64,000 nucleotides of DNA from Acidimicrobiales bacterium (GCA_030748555.1 JASMLT010000001.1:34914-98913), one strand, 5' to 3'; positions 1 through 10,020 are shown, numbered from the stretch's first letter. Translations and numbers: made by a program. The notes: generated by a model not told the origin, from the letters alone.

Positions 1-180
1 AGTCTTGCGAATAAAGCTTTCCGACCTTCAGAAGAAGAGCTTGAATGGGCTATAGAAGTAGTAAGAGAATTTGAAAAAGCTATTGGAAGAGGTGAAGCAT
101 CAATAGCTATTGGAAGCGAAATGATCGATGAACCTATTTACAAAAGGGCTCAAACAACAATAAAACTGTCACAACAATAA
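1..180 (+). CDS. 3' fragment of CitE/HpcH-family lyase (citrate lyase beta subunit / malyl-CoA lyase-like); starts before window
   Basis: Frame 1 is open from base 1 to TAA at 178-180: SLANKAFRPSEEELEWAIEVVREFEKAIGRGEASIAIGSEMIDEPIYKRAQ. The N..FxPS..E..WA..V and G.MIDEP patterns are typical of the CitE C-terminus. Not in the ORF track. Confidence 0.75.
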   Translation, partial: SLANKAFRPSEEELEWAIEVVREFEKAIGRGEASIAIGSEMIDEPIYKRAQTTIKLSQQ

Positions 181-195
181 TGCTTAGGAGATTAT

Positions 196-1140
196 GTGCC
201 GAATTTAGTTCCTGAAGGTAAGGCTTTCTATGGGATACAACTACCAATTCAGACTCTGACTCAAACTTTGGCAGACCCTTGGGAAAAAGAAGCAGGACCT
301 GATGAACTAGTGATGGTCGCGCAAGCAGCCGAATCATCCGGTCTTGACTTTGTGGGTGTATGCGATCACGTAGCTATTCCAGACGATGACTACTCAGCCC
401 ATATGACAACAACTTGGTATGACCCTATTGCAACTCTTTCTTGGATAGGAGCTAACACGGAGAAAATTAACCTTCTGTCAGTTGTTTGGATCGCTGCCTA
501 CCGTCATCCTCTTTTATCAGCGAGTTCATTTGGAACTTTGGCCCACCTCTCCAATGGTCGAGTTATTTTGGGTTTAGGAGCTGGACATGTTAAAGGAGAA
601 TTCGAAGCTCTCAATATTGACTTTTCAAAACGTGGGTTGATATTGGATGAAAGCATAGGCGCAATAAAAACCATCCTCGCAAACGAATATGCGACGCATG
701 AAGGAAAACATTTCCATTTTCAATCTGTGGGAGTTGGACCAAAGCCTCCAGGAAACGAATTGCCAATTTGGATCGGTGGTTCAGGTCCTGCCGCATGGCG
801 TCGTGTAGGGAAGCTAGGTGACGGATATATACCAATGGGTAATGGCAGAGATCAATACAAAGAAATTATTGAAACCATCAACCAAGCAGCAAATGAATCA
901 GGGCGAGAAAATAAGAGTTTTGATATCGGAATAATGCCGCCATGGTCCTACATCGGTGATCCTCCTGATGATCTTCCTCCAGCAGGACTAACCGGCTCAC
1001 CTGAAAAAATTGCTGAACATCTCAGAGATGACCGTGATGCAGGAGCGAATGTTTTTCATCTTAAATTTCGCAGTCGCACTCTCGACGAATATATTGAACA
1101 GTTAAGAATTTTTAGTGAAGAAGTAAGACCTTTGCTTTAG
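196..1140 (+). CDS. LLM-class (luciferase-like) oxidoreductase, probably F420-dependent
   Basis: 314 aa; motifs CDHVAIP, DPIATL, SNGRVILGLGAG, PIWIGG; GTG start with AGGAG RBS. Confidence 0.85.
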   Translation: MPNLVPEGKAFYGIQLPIQTLTQTLADPWEKEAGPDELVMVAQAAESSGLDFVGVCDHVAIPDDDYSAHMTTTWYDPIATLSWIGANTEKINLLSVVWIAAYRHPLLSASSFGTLAHLSNGRVILGLGAGHVKGEFEALNIDFSKRGLILDESIGAIKTILANEYATHEGKHFHFQSVGVGPKPPGNELPIWIGGSGPAAWRRVGKLGDGYIPMGNGRDQYKEIIETINQAANESGRENKSFDIGIMPPWSYIGDPPDDLPPAGLTGSPEKIAEHLRDDRDAGANVFHLKFRSRTLDEYIEQLRIFSEEVRPLL

Positions 1141-1177
1141 AGTCAACTTGGAAGAAAAAAAATTTAGGGCCCTTTAA

Positions 1178-1525
1178 ATGAAAGAAATCGACGAAAAAAC
1201 TCAACAAGCTTTATTACTTTTTAACAGACGAGCTGAAACCGCCGAAAAAGAATCACAAGCTGCCAACGAAATAAAAAAAGCTGAAAAAATTAAAGATGAA
1301 GCTGTAGCCGCGCTTCAAAAAGCTAAAGACAGTGGTTCTGATCCAGAAGTAATAGCTGAAGCGGAATCTGCATGGAGGAATGCATTAGATATCTGGCAAA
1401 GACTAAGGGATGGAGAAGCTATAGAAGAAACACCAGAAGAAACACCAGAAGAAACACCAGAAGAAACACCAGAAGAAACACCAGAAGAAACACCAGAAGA
1501 AACACCAGAAGAAACAAAAGATTAA
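1178..1525 (+). CDS. Hypothetical small helical protein with acidic (EETP)n tail
   Basis: 115 aa ORF fills the gap between neighbours in the same orientation; Ala/Glu/Lys-rich body followed by the repeat. Confidence 0.7.
   Translation: MKEIDEKTQQALLLFNRRAETAEKESQAANEIKKAEKIKDEAVAALQKAKDSGSDPEVIAEAESAWRNALDIWQRLRDGEAIEETPEETPEETPEETPEETPEETPEETPEETKD
1424..1516 (+). repeat. In-frame 12-bp tandem repeat GAAGAAACACCA x7 plus a 9-bp partial copy (EETP)
   Basis: Read directly; units are identical and have no spacers. Confidence 0.95.
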
Positions 1526-1539
1526 ACAAAGTCTGAATC

Positions 1540-3114
1540 TTGACTACCATCCCGAATCTCATCGAAAATGCCGTAAAAAAATTTCAAGAGCAAGAAGCTG
1601 TCGTAGATGAAAATTTAAGATGGACTTTTGAGGAATATGGCGAACAGATAAATTCAGCCACAAAAGCTTTCATGAGTAAGGGGATTGAACCCGGAGATCG
1701 TGTAGCGATCTGGGCTCCAAACACCGCAGAGTGGCCCGTAGCAGCTCTCGGAGCTCATTGTGCAGGTGCAGTCTTAGTTCCTATAAATACACGTTTCAAA
1801 GGTGAAGAAGCTAGTTACATTTTGAATCGAACTTCAGCAAAAATTCTTTTCACTGTTACTGATTTCCTAGATATCAACTACGTAGATTTGTTGAATGATG
1901 TGAATAGTCAACTTGATCTAGAAGAAATTGTTGTCCTAAGAGGCTCAACTCCTGACAATTGCACAACATGGGAAGAATTTATTGCTAATGGCACTTCAAT
2001 AGATGAGACAGATCGACAAACTCGTTCTAATCAAGTCACCGATAACGACCTCTGCCACATCCTTTTTACTTCAGGTACAACAGGAAAACCAAAAGGTGCA
2101 ATGCTTGAGCATGCGGCAGTATGTCGTTCGTATCAAACTTGGTGTGAAGTCATAGGTCTGACTTCGACCGACCGTTACTTAGTAATAAACCCTTTTTTCC
2201 ATACCTTCGGACTTAACGCTGGAATTTTGGCTTGCCTTATGACAGGAGCCACTCTCATACCACATCCTGTTTTCGACGTCCCATCGGTTATGAAACGAAT
2301 ACCTGAAGAAAAAATCACAATGTTGCCTGGAGCTCCAACTATCTATCAAACTATTCTTAATCATCCTGAATTAGAGAATTTTGATATGTCTAGTCTCCGT
2401 CTAGCAGTAACAGGAGCTGCAGCAATTCCTGTCGAAATGATCTATGGGATGAGGGAGAAACTCGGTTTTGAAACTGTTGTAACCGGATATGGCCTAACTG
2501 AAGCCTCAGGAATAGCAACCATGTGTCGACATGACGACGACCCTGAGATAATCGCCAAAACATCTGGAAGGGCAATAGATGGAGTCGAAGTCCTTGTAGT
2601 GGACGAAAATGGATCAGAAACCCAAGCTGGAGAACCAGGTGAAGTGGTTATCCGTGGCTACAACATTATGAGGGGTTATTTAGATGATCCCGAACAAACC
2701 GCCGAAACAATCGACCAAGACGGGTGGCTACACACAGGCGATATAGGCATCATGGATTCAAATGGGTACTTAGATATAACAGACCGAAAAAAAGACATGA
2801 TTATTACTGGTGGTTTCAATGTCTACCCAGCTGAAGTAGAAAACTCACTAATGAGCCATCCTGAAATAGCCCAAATAGCCATCGTGGGTGCACCTGATGA
2901 ACGACTGGGTGAAATAGCGATTGCGTTCGTTGTGCCCGCTAAACAAACTAACCCTACGGAATCTGATCTAATTGACTGGGCTCGAGAACGCATTGCTAAT
3001 TTCAAAGTTCCCAGGCAAGTAATCTTTTTAGAAAACTTACCCACCAATGCGAGTGGAAAAGTTCTCAAGTTTGAGTTACGCAAAAGTATTAATAGCTCAA
3101 AACAAGTCGACTAG
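1540..3114 (+). CDS. Acyl-CoA synthetase (AMP-forming), FadD3-like
   Basis: Motifs FTSGTTGKPKG, GYGLTE, GWLHTGD, GGFNVYPAEVE, ASGKVLK; INPFFHTFG and GAVLVPINTRFKG resemble the FadD3 subfamily. Confidence 0.85.
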   Translation: MTTIPNLIENAVKKFQEQEAVVDENLRWTFEEYGEQINSATKAFMSKGIEPGDRVAIWAPNTAEWPVAALGAHCAGAVLVPINTRFKGEEASYILNRTSAKILFTVTDFLDINYVDLLNDVNSQLDLEEIVVLRGSTPDNCTTWEEFIANGTSIDETDRQTRSNQVTDNDLCHILFTSGTTGKPKGAMLEHAAVCRSYQTWCEVIGLTSTDRYLVINPFFHTFGLNAGILACLMTGATLIPHPVFDVPSVMKRIPEEKITMLPGAPTIYQTILNHPELENFDMSSLRLAVTGAAAIPVEMIYGMREKLGFETVVTGYGLTEASGIATMCRHDDDPEIIAKTSGRAIDGVEVLVVDENGSETQAGEPGEVVIRGYNIMRGYLDDPEQTAETIDQDGWLHTGDIGIMDSNGYLDITDRKKDMIITGGFNVYPAEVENSLMSHPEIAQIAIVGAPDERLGEIAIAFVVPAKQTNPTESDLIDWARERIANFKVPRQVIFLENLPTNASGKVLKFELRKSINSSKQVD

Positions 3115-3165
3115 ACATACGTGCCAATCCACTATCCTTAAACAGATAATCTCTTAAAGACAACT

Positions 3166-6100
3166 ATGACCAAAGAACGACCGTATCCCGACGTCGGGAA
3201 AGCTGATTTTCCAAATCTAGAAGAAACAATCCTGGATAGATGGAAAAAAGACAATACGTTTCAAACTTCTGTTGACAATAAACCCGAAGAGGAAGAATTC
3301 GTATTCTACGATGGACCACCTTTCGCTAATGGCCTTCCACATCATGGACATCTACTAACCGGCTACGTGAAGGACGTAGTTCCTAGGTTCCAAACAATGA
3401 AAGGTAAAAAAGTAGAAAGACGTTTCGGATGGGACTGTCATGGCTTACCCGCAGAAATGGAAGTCGAAAAAGAATTAAAGGTTTCCGGACGAAATGAAAT
3501 TACTAAATATGGCATAGATAAATTCAATGAGCGCTGTGAAGAGTCAGTTCTTCGTTTCACAGAAGAATGGGAAAAAACTGTGACCAGACAAGCTAGATGG
3601 GTTGATTTTGAAAATGACTACAAGACTATGGATCCTTCTTATATGGAATCAGTCATGTGGGCTTTCAAACAGCTATGGGAAAAAGATTTAATTTACGAAG
3701 CATTTCGGGTGATGCCATACTCATGGGGAGCGGAAACACCACTTTCAAATTTTGAAATCAGACTCGATGACGCCACGCGCCCAAGACAAGACCCTGCTGT
3801 AACAGTAGCTTTCGACTTGGACGCTAAAGAAAACGAATCTGAAAAAGTTCGCTTACTGGCTTGGACAACGACCCCTTGGACGCTCCCTTCTAATCTTGCC
3901 TTAGCTGTTGGAACGGAAATCGAATACTCAAAAAGGAAAGACTCCGATGGAACAATCTGGATTATCGCGAAAAACGCTCTAAGCCGCTACGAAGAACAAC
4001 TTGGAGACATGGAAGAGCTTGGCGTCGTTAAAGGTTCTGAGCTCATTGGCAAAAACTACAAACCTTTATTCGATTTCTTCGAGTATCGGACTGATGCATT
4101 CAAAGTTCTACAAGCTGATTGGATAGACGACCAAGAAGGCACAGGAATAGTGCATATGGCACCCGGTTTCGGTGAAGACGATCAAACATTATGCGAAGCT
4201 AACGATATTCCTATAGGTGATGTAGTACCTGTGGACGATAAAGGGTGTTACACAGAAGAAGTAAAGAACTGGGCGGGAATGAATGTTTTTGATGCCAATT
4301 CAGAAATTATTTCTACCCTAAAAAGCAACGGGCAATTGATCCGTCATGACAGCTATGAACACAACTATCCGCACTGTTGGAGAACAGATACACCAATAAT
4401 TTATAAAGCAATTTCTTCTTGGTATGTAAAGGTGACCGACCTGACCGAACAACTTCTTGCTAATAACCAGGCCATCAATTGGATCCCTGGACATGTACAA
4501 AATGGAAGATTTGGAATGTGGTTAGAAGGAGCGCGTGACTGGTCAATTAGCAGAAATAGATTCTGGGGTTCTCCGATCCCTGTATGGAAGAGTGACAATT
4601 CTGACTATCCCAGAATTGATGTTTATGGAAGCATCGAAGAAATAGAAAAAGATTTTGGTGTGAAACCAGACAACCTTCACAGGCCCTTCATCGATCAACT
4701 CACAAGACCCAACCCTGATGATCCAACTGGCAAGTCTTTAATGCGTCGCGTGCCAGAAGTTCTGGATTGCTGGTTTGAATCCGGATCAATGCCTTTTGCT
4801 CAGGTTCATTACCCATTTGAAAACAAGGATTGGTTCGATGATCATTTTCCTGCTGATTTCATTGTCGAATACATAAATCAAACAAGAGGCTGGTTCTACA
4901 CCCTGCATGTTCTAGCAACAGCTTTGTTTGACAGACCTGCTTTCCAGAATGTGATCTGCCATGGAATTCTTTTGGCAGAAGACGGAGCAAAACTCTCAAA
5001 AAAACTGAGAAATTACACAGAGCCTAATGAAATTTTTGTCAAACAAGGATCAGACGCTCTTCGTTGGTACTTGATGTCAGCAAATATTGTAAGAGGCGGA
5101 GACTCACGCATAAGCGACATTGGAATAGATGATGTAGTACGCCATGTCCTATTACCCATCTGGAATGCCTACAGTTTTTTTACCCTCTACGCGAATGTTG
5201 ATGAATACCAGGCGAAATTTAGAACAGAGTCTGAGCACTTATTAGATCGCTACCTTCTAGCTAAAACTCGACAACTAGTTGAATCTGTCGACAACAAAAT
5301 GGAATCGTATGACCTGCCAGGGGCAACCGAATCAATTCAAGGATTCATAGACGCACTAAATAATTGGTATATAAGACGTAGCCGAGACAGATTTTGGGAA
5401 AAAAGCACAAAAGAAAACGAAAACCAAAAGAAGGATGCCTACGACACTCTTTACACGGTTCTTAAGACTTTTTCTCAAGTGTCAGCGCCATTCTTGCCAA
5501 TGATCATGGAGGAGATTCACACCGGCTTGACTGGGGAGCCAAGTGTTCATTTAACCGATTGGCCGAATCATGAAATCCTTCCTGAAGATAAAGCCCTGGT
5601 AGCAAATATGGACCGTGTTCGTGACGCAGCATCAACGGCTCTGAGACTTAGAGAAGATGAAGGAATTCGTGTGCGGTTACCCCTGTCATCAATGGTCATA
5701 GCAGGACCTGGAAGCAATTCATTAAACAACTTCGTTGAATTGCTCACAGACGAGGTGAATGTGAAAAAAATAGAACTCACCGAAGATTTGGATGAGTACG
5801 CAACATATAGTTTGCAACCCAACGGTTCTTTGCTGGGACCCAGATTAGGCAAAGAGGTTCAGTCAGTTTTTGTGGCCGCTAAGAATGGCAACTGGGTGCT
5901 AAATAATGATGGGACCGCAAAAGTCGCTGATGTTTTACTAAGTGAGGACGAGTTCGAATTAGGACTCCAACCCCATGAAGGAATCACTGCAGCGACTCTA
6001 AATTCAGGAGACGCGATAATAGTTTTGGACACTGAAATCACTGAAGATCTCGCTAAAGAGGGAATCGCTAGAGATGTAATCAGACAAGTTCAACAAGCTA

Positions 6101-6318
6101 GACGAGACGCTGAGTTGGTAGTAACTGACCGAATCCAAATCTGGCTTGATGGCGCAGAAAACATCCTCGACGGTGTTAAAAATTTCGAGGAATACGTTGC
6201 TAGCCAAATTCTGGCAACAGAAATCCTCTATGGAAGAACCAAAAACCCCGAAGCTTCAACTACTCAAGTTGAAATTGAAAACAACGACCTGACTTTTTCG
6301 ATAGTCGTATCTCAATAA
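3166..6318 (+). CDS. ileS: Isoleucine--tRNA ligase, type 2 (eukaryote-like)
   Basis: 1050 aa; FYDGPPFANGLPHHGH, GWDCHGLP, WTTTPWTLPSN, DWSISRNRFWG, KLSKK (KMSKS variant); long type-2 C-terminus with no C-terminal Zn motif. Confidence 0.97.
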   Translation: MTKERPYPDVGKADFPNLEETILDRWKKDNTFQTSVDNKPEEEEFVFYDGPPFANGLPHHGHLLTGYVKDVVPRFQTMKGKKVERRFGWDCHGLPAEMEVEKELKVSGRNEITKYGIDKFNERCEESVLRFTEEWEKTVTRQARWVDFENDYKTMDPSYMESVMWAFKQLWEKDLIYEAFRVMPYSWGAETPLSNFEIRLDDATRPRQDPAVTVAFDLDAKENESEKVRLLAWTTTPWTLPSNLALAVGTEIEYSKRKDSDGTIWIIAKNALSRYEEQLGDMEELGVVKGSELIGKNYKPLFDFFEYRTDAFKVLQADWIDDQEGTGIVHMAPGFGEDDQTLCEANDIPIGDVVPVDDKGCYTEEVKNWAGMNVFDANSEIISTLKSNGQLIRHDSYEHNYPHCWRTDTPIIYKAISSWYVKVTDLTEQLLANNQAINWIPGHVQNGRFGMWLEGARDWSISRNRFWGSPIPVWKSDNSDYPRIDVYGSIEEIEKDFGVKPDNLHRPFIDQLTRPNPDDPTGKSLMRRVPEVLDCWFESGSMPFAQVHYPFENKDWFDDHFPADFIVEYINQTRGWFYTLHVLATALFDRPAFQNVICHGILLAEDGAKLSKKLRNYTEPNEIFVKQGSDALRWYLMSANIVRGGDSRISDIGIDDVVRHVLLPIWNAYSFFTLYANVDEYQAKFRTESEHLLDRYLLAKTRQLVESVDNKMESYDLPGATESIQGFIDALNNWYIRRSRDRFWEKSTKENENQKKDAYDTLYTVLKTFSQVSAPFLPMIMEEIHTGLTGEPSVHLTDWPNHEILPEDKALVANMDRVRDAASTALRLREDEGIRVRLPLSSMVIAGPGSNSLNNFVELLTDEVNVKKIELTEDLDEYATYSLQPNGSLLGPRLGKEVQSVFVAAKNGNWVLNNDGTAKVADVLLSEDEFELGLQPHEGITAATLNSGDAIIVLDTEITEDLAKEGIARDVIRQVQQARRDAELVVTDRIQIWLDGAENILDGVKNFEEYVASQILATEILYGRTKNPEASTTQVEIENNDLTFSIVVSQ

Positions 6319-6363
6319 GCGTTACAAGAAAAACTTTCATTCTTAAAAAATATTTATAATCTC

Positions 6364-6393
6364 TTGACAAACGTGTAATTACATGTGTGAAAT
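6364..6393 (+). promoter_or_regulatory. Putative nrdAB promoter: TTGACA -35 followed by near-palindromic operator ACGTGTAATTACATGT
   Basis: TTGACA at 6364-6369; 16-bp palindrome (14/16 symmetric, perfect core TGTAATTACA) at 6371-6386 occupies the spacer. Confidence 0.55.
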
Positions 6394-6490
6394 ATAAACC
6401 TTAGCGAAATCGCGGATCCCACCACTCATAACGAGCCACGGTTGGGCGAACGAAATCTCTAAGAAGGGGAAACGGAAGGGAATTATAAAT

Positions 6491-8899
6491 ATGGCGCTCG
6501 CAGAGGACCGCCTAGATCTAGAGGACACAGAACAAATACGAGAACCGCAATTCGGTTCAGCTATGAAAGTCAAAAAGAGAAACGGCGACTTTGAACCAGT
6601 CGACGTTAACAAAATTGTTCGTGCGGTGGAGCGTTGCAGTGCTGGTCTAAATGGAGTTGATCCGATGCGGGTAGCAACAAGAACCATCTCTGGTCTAAGG
6701 GACGGAGCTACCACCGAAGAACTAGATGAACTCTCAATTCGAACTGCTGCAGGATTTATAGTTGAAGAACCTAACTACTCACGATTAGCTGGAAGACTCC
6801 TTTCAACCGTTATTGATAAAGAAGTAAGAAACCAATCAATTCATTCTTTTTCTCAATCGATAAATATTGGTTTCGAATTAGGTCTGATTCACGAATCAGT
6901 AGCCGACTTTGTTTCTACGAATGCGCGAAAATTTGATGACACGATTGAACACGATCGTGACCATCTATTTGAGTTCTTCGGGTTAAGGACTGTCTACGAT
7001 CGTTACCTTCTGAGACACCCAGACAACCGATTTGTAATAGAAACACCACAGTATTTCTTTCTGCGTGTTGCTTGTGGACTGTCGAATAGTTCAGAAGAAG
7101 CAATTCGTTTCTACAAATTAATCTCTTCTCTGGAATACCTTCCATCTAGCCCCACTCTTTTCAACTCTGGTACAACACACCCTCAAATGTCGAGTTGCTA
7201 TCTCCTAGATTCGCCAGAAGACAGTCTTGAAGGTATTTACAAGAGATATACAGATATAGCTCAGCTTTCTAAGTTCGCTGGCGGAATTGGGGTGGCTTGG
7301 CACAGAGTTAGATCACAGGGATCCTTAATAAAAGGCACAAATGGTCTTTCAAATGGAATAATCCCCTGGCTTAAAACTCTAGACAGTTCCGTTTCAGCTG
7401 TTAACCAAGGTGGTAGAAGAAAAGGAGCTGCATGCGTTTATCTCGAAACTTGGCACGCAGACATAGAAGAATTCCTTGAGCTTCGTGACAACACAGGAGA
7501 TCATCAAAGACGAACCCATCATTTGAATTTAGCCAACTGGGTGCCTGATCTCTTTATGGAAAGAGTCGAAAAAGACTGGCAATGGTCTCTTTTCGACCCT
7601 AAAGAGGTACCTCACTTAACAGACTTGTATGGATCAGACTTTTCTGCTGCTTATACCAAAGCCGAAGAAGAAGGCCTCTATGTGAGACAGACACCTGCTA
7701 GAGAGCTTTATAGCAAAATGATGCGCACTCTTGCACAAACCGGAAATGGTTGGATGACATTTAAAGATGCATCTAACACTAAGTGCAACCAGACCGGCAA
7801 AGAAGACCGAGTTGTCCACCTATCAAATCTTTGTACAGAAATTTTAGAAGTAACCGATCAAGACGAAACCGCTGTATGCAACTTAGGTTCAGTTAACCTC
7901 GGTTCCTTAGTGAAAAATGGTTCGTTCGACTTTGATCGTCTAGGAGAAGTGATCCGGACAGCAGTCCCATTCTTGGATCGTGTAATAGACATAAACTTTT
8001 ACCCGACACAAGAAGCGGATAATTCAAACAACGCATGGAGACCAGTTGGTCTTGGATTAATGGGACTTCAAGATGTTTTCTTCAAAATGGGTTTGCCCTT
8101 CGACGACCCGAAAGCACGCGAGTTATCAAAAAAGATTTCAGAAGAGATCTATTTCAATGCTCTTTGGGCATCAACTGAACTGGCAGAAGCATCCGGGGCT
8201 CATCCCAATTTCGACAAAACACGTGCAGCCTCAGGTGATCTTCAGTTCGATCTATGGGGTGTAGAACCAAGTAATCCGGAACGTTGGGAGAGCCTAAGGA
8301 AAAGGATTTCCAAGCATGGCCTTCGTAACTCTTTAATGATCGCTATTGCTCCGACTGCAACAATTGCCTCAATAGCAGGGTGCTATGAATGTATAGAGCC
8401 TCAAGTCTCGAACCTCTTTAAGAGAGAAACGCTTTCTGGTGAATTTCTTCAAATTAATCGATACCTGGTGTCCGAGCTTCAAAAAAGATCCCTTTGGACC
8501 GAGAGTATGGGTAACGCCCTGAAACAATCAGAAGGTTCCATTCAAGACATTGAAGGAATGCCAGATGACTTGAAGGAAATTTATAGAACCGCTTGGGAAA
8601 TACCAATGCGATCTTTAATTGATATGGGAGCCGAAAGAGGCGCTTTCATAGACCAAAGCCAATCCCTCAATCTATTTATGGAATCTCCAACCATAGGGAA
8701 ACTTAGTTCCATGTACATGCACGCTTGGAAATCTGGTTTAAAAACGACCTATTACTTGAGATCTAGACCGGCTACCAAGATTAATAAAACAACTGTAAAC
8801 AACGATGACACTGTTGAGTCTTCGGAAACGACTTTTACTGATGCCGAAGCCATCGCTTGTTCCTTAGAAAACCCAGAGACTTGTGAGGCATGCGATTAA
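6491..8899 (+). CDS. nrdA: Ribonucleoside-diphosphate reductase class Ia alpha subunit with N-terminal ATP cone
   Basis: VKKRNG ATP cone, SPTLFNSG, SSCYL, SNLCTEI, VCNLGS, APTATIA, TYYLRS, C-terminal CEAC. Confidence 0.97.
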   Translation: MALAEDRLDLEDTEQIREPQFGSAMKVKKRNGDFEPVDVNKIVRAVERCSAGLNGVDPMRVATRTISGLRDGATTEELDELSIRTAAGFIVEEPNYSRLAGRLLSTVIDKEVRNQSIHSFSQSINIGFELGLIHESVADFVSTNARKFDDTIEHDRDHLFEFFGLRTVYDRYLLRHPDNRFVIETPQYFFLRVACGLSNSSEEAIRFYKLISSLEYLPSSPTLFNSGTTHPQMSSCYLLDSPEDSLEGIYKRYTDIAQLSKFAGGIGVAWHRVRSQGSLIKGTNGLSNGIIPWLKTLDSSVSAVNQGGRRKGAACVYLETWHADIEEFLELRDNTGDHQRRTHHLNLANWVPDLFMERVEKDWQWSLFDPKEVPHLTDLYGSDFSAAYTKAEEEGLYVRQTPARELYSKMMRTLAQTGNGWMTFKDASNTKCNQTGKEDRVVHLSNLCTEILEVTDQDETAVCNLGSVNLGSLVKNGSFDFDRLGEVIRTAVPFLDRVIDINFYPTQEADNSNNAWRPVGLGLMGLQDVFFKMGLPFDDPKARELSKKISEEIYFNALWASTELAEASGAHPNFDKTRAASGDLQFDLWGVEPSNPERWESLRKRISKHGLRNSLMIAIAPTATIASIAGCYECIEPQVSNLFKRETLSGEFLQINRYLVSELQKRSLWTESMGNALKQSEGSIQDIEGMPDDLKEIYRTAWEIPMRSLIDMGAERGAFIDQSQSLNLFMESPTIGKLSSMYMHAWKSGLKTTYYLRSRPATKINKTTVNNDDTVESSETTFTDAEAIACSLENPETCEACD

Positions 8900-9984
8900 T
8901 GGCACTTTCTGAAGTTTTTCCTGAGGCCTCTGCCGATCCAGCAGACCAACCGAGTCTCACCTCAATAACACGGCCTACCAATATTTTAGACCCAGGTTTT
9001 GATTTGACACTTCGACCCATGCGTTACCCGTATTTTTATGAGATGTACCAAGATGCCATCAAAAACACCTGGACGGTGGACGAAATTGATTTCACTACTG
9101 ACCTTAATGATCTGCGTAGCGGAAAAATGGATTCTGCTCACATACACCTCGTAAAGAGACTCGTGGCATTTTTCGCTACCGGTGATTCAATAGTCGCTAA
9201 TAATTTGGTACTGAACCTTTATAAACACATAAATGCACCAGAAGCTCGCATGTACCTGTCACGTCAACTTTATGAAGAGGCATTACATGTGCAGTTCTAT
9301 CTAACGCTTCTCGACAATTACATACCGGATCACGACGAAAGAGAAGAAGCTTTCGCGGCTATACACAACATTCCTTCGATCCGTAAAAAAGCTGATTTCT
9401 GTTTCAAATGGATGGGATCAGTAGATGATCTAGATGAACTTGATACGGATGAAAAGCGTAAAGCATTTCTAATGAATCTTATTTGCTTTGCTTCTTGCAT
9501 AGAAGGCTTGTTCTTCTTCGGAGCCTTTGCTTACGTTTATTTTTTACGTGATCAAGGACTTCTTGATGGCTTAGCTTCTGGCACAAACTGGGTTTTTAGG
9601 GACGAAAGTTGCCACATGAATTTTGCTCTCGCTGTTGTAGACACAGTTAGGGAAGAGCAACCAGAACTCTTCGATGAAAGCTTTACAAGTCAAATAACCG
9701 CAATGATAGAAGAAGCCGTGGACTGTGAATATCAATTCGCAGAAGATCTCTTAGGGGGACAGGGCGTTAACGGGATGTCGCCCGCTGACACTCTTGAATA
9801 CCTAAGATTCGTAGCAGACCAACGTTTAGCAAGACTCGGAATAGAACCGATCTATGGTTCAAAAAACCCCTTTGGTTTTATGGAGCTTCAAGATGTAGCT
9901 GAATTAACAAATTTTTTCGAAAAGACAGTCACTGCCTACCAAACCGGTGTTGAAGGTGAGTTCTCCATGAACGAAGACTTTTAG
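8899..9984 (+). CDS. nrdB: Ribonucleoside-diphosphate reductase class Ia beta subunit
   Basis: FFATGD (Asp ligand), EEALHVQFY (radical Tyr kept), IEGLFF, RDESCH, NFFE. Start placed at ATG 8899, which overlaps the nrdA stop (TAATG); the ORF track starts at 8890. Confidence 0.95.
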   Translation: MALSEVFPEASADPADQPSLTSITRPTNILDPGFDLTLRPMRYPYFYEMYQDAIKNTWTVDEIDFTTDLNDLRSGKMDSAHIHLVKRLVAFFATGDSIVANNLVLNLYKHINAPEARMYLSRQLYEEALHVQFYLTLLDNYIPDHDEREEAFAAIHNIPSIRKKADFCFKWMGSVDDLDELDTDEKRKAFLMNLICFASCIEGLFFFGAFAYVYFLRDQGLLDGLASGTNWVFRDESCHMNFALAVVDTVREEQPELFDESFTSQITAMIEEAVDCEYQFAEDLLGGQGVNGMSPADTLEYLRFVADQRLARLGIEPIYGSKNPFGFMELQDVAELTNFFEKTVTAYQTGVEGEFSMNEDF

Positions 9985-10020
9985 TAGTGTCCCTCCCCCT
10001 CCGATTCCCCAATCGGACGT

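Noticed and set aside
3115-3165. T-box riboswitch upstream of ileS (and of valS at 46734-46843)
   Set aside because: The leaders are short and lack the T-box bulge (TGGnACC) sequence.
6400-6490. Canonical cobalamin riboswitch call for the nrdA leader
   Set aside because: Only fragmentary resemblance: too short and missing the conserved GGGAA junction. Kept only as a candidate finding.
8899-9984. Unusual RNR subclass (Ic, or metal-free Ie)
   Set aside because: The Asp first ligand, both ExxH motifs, the middle Glu and the radical Tyr are all retained; NrdA is of normal length with no intein.
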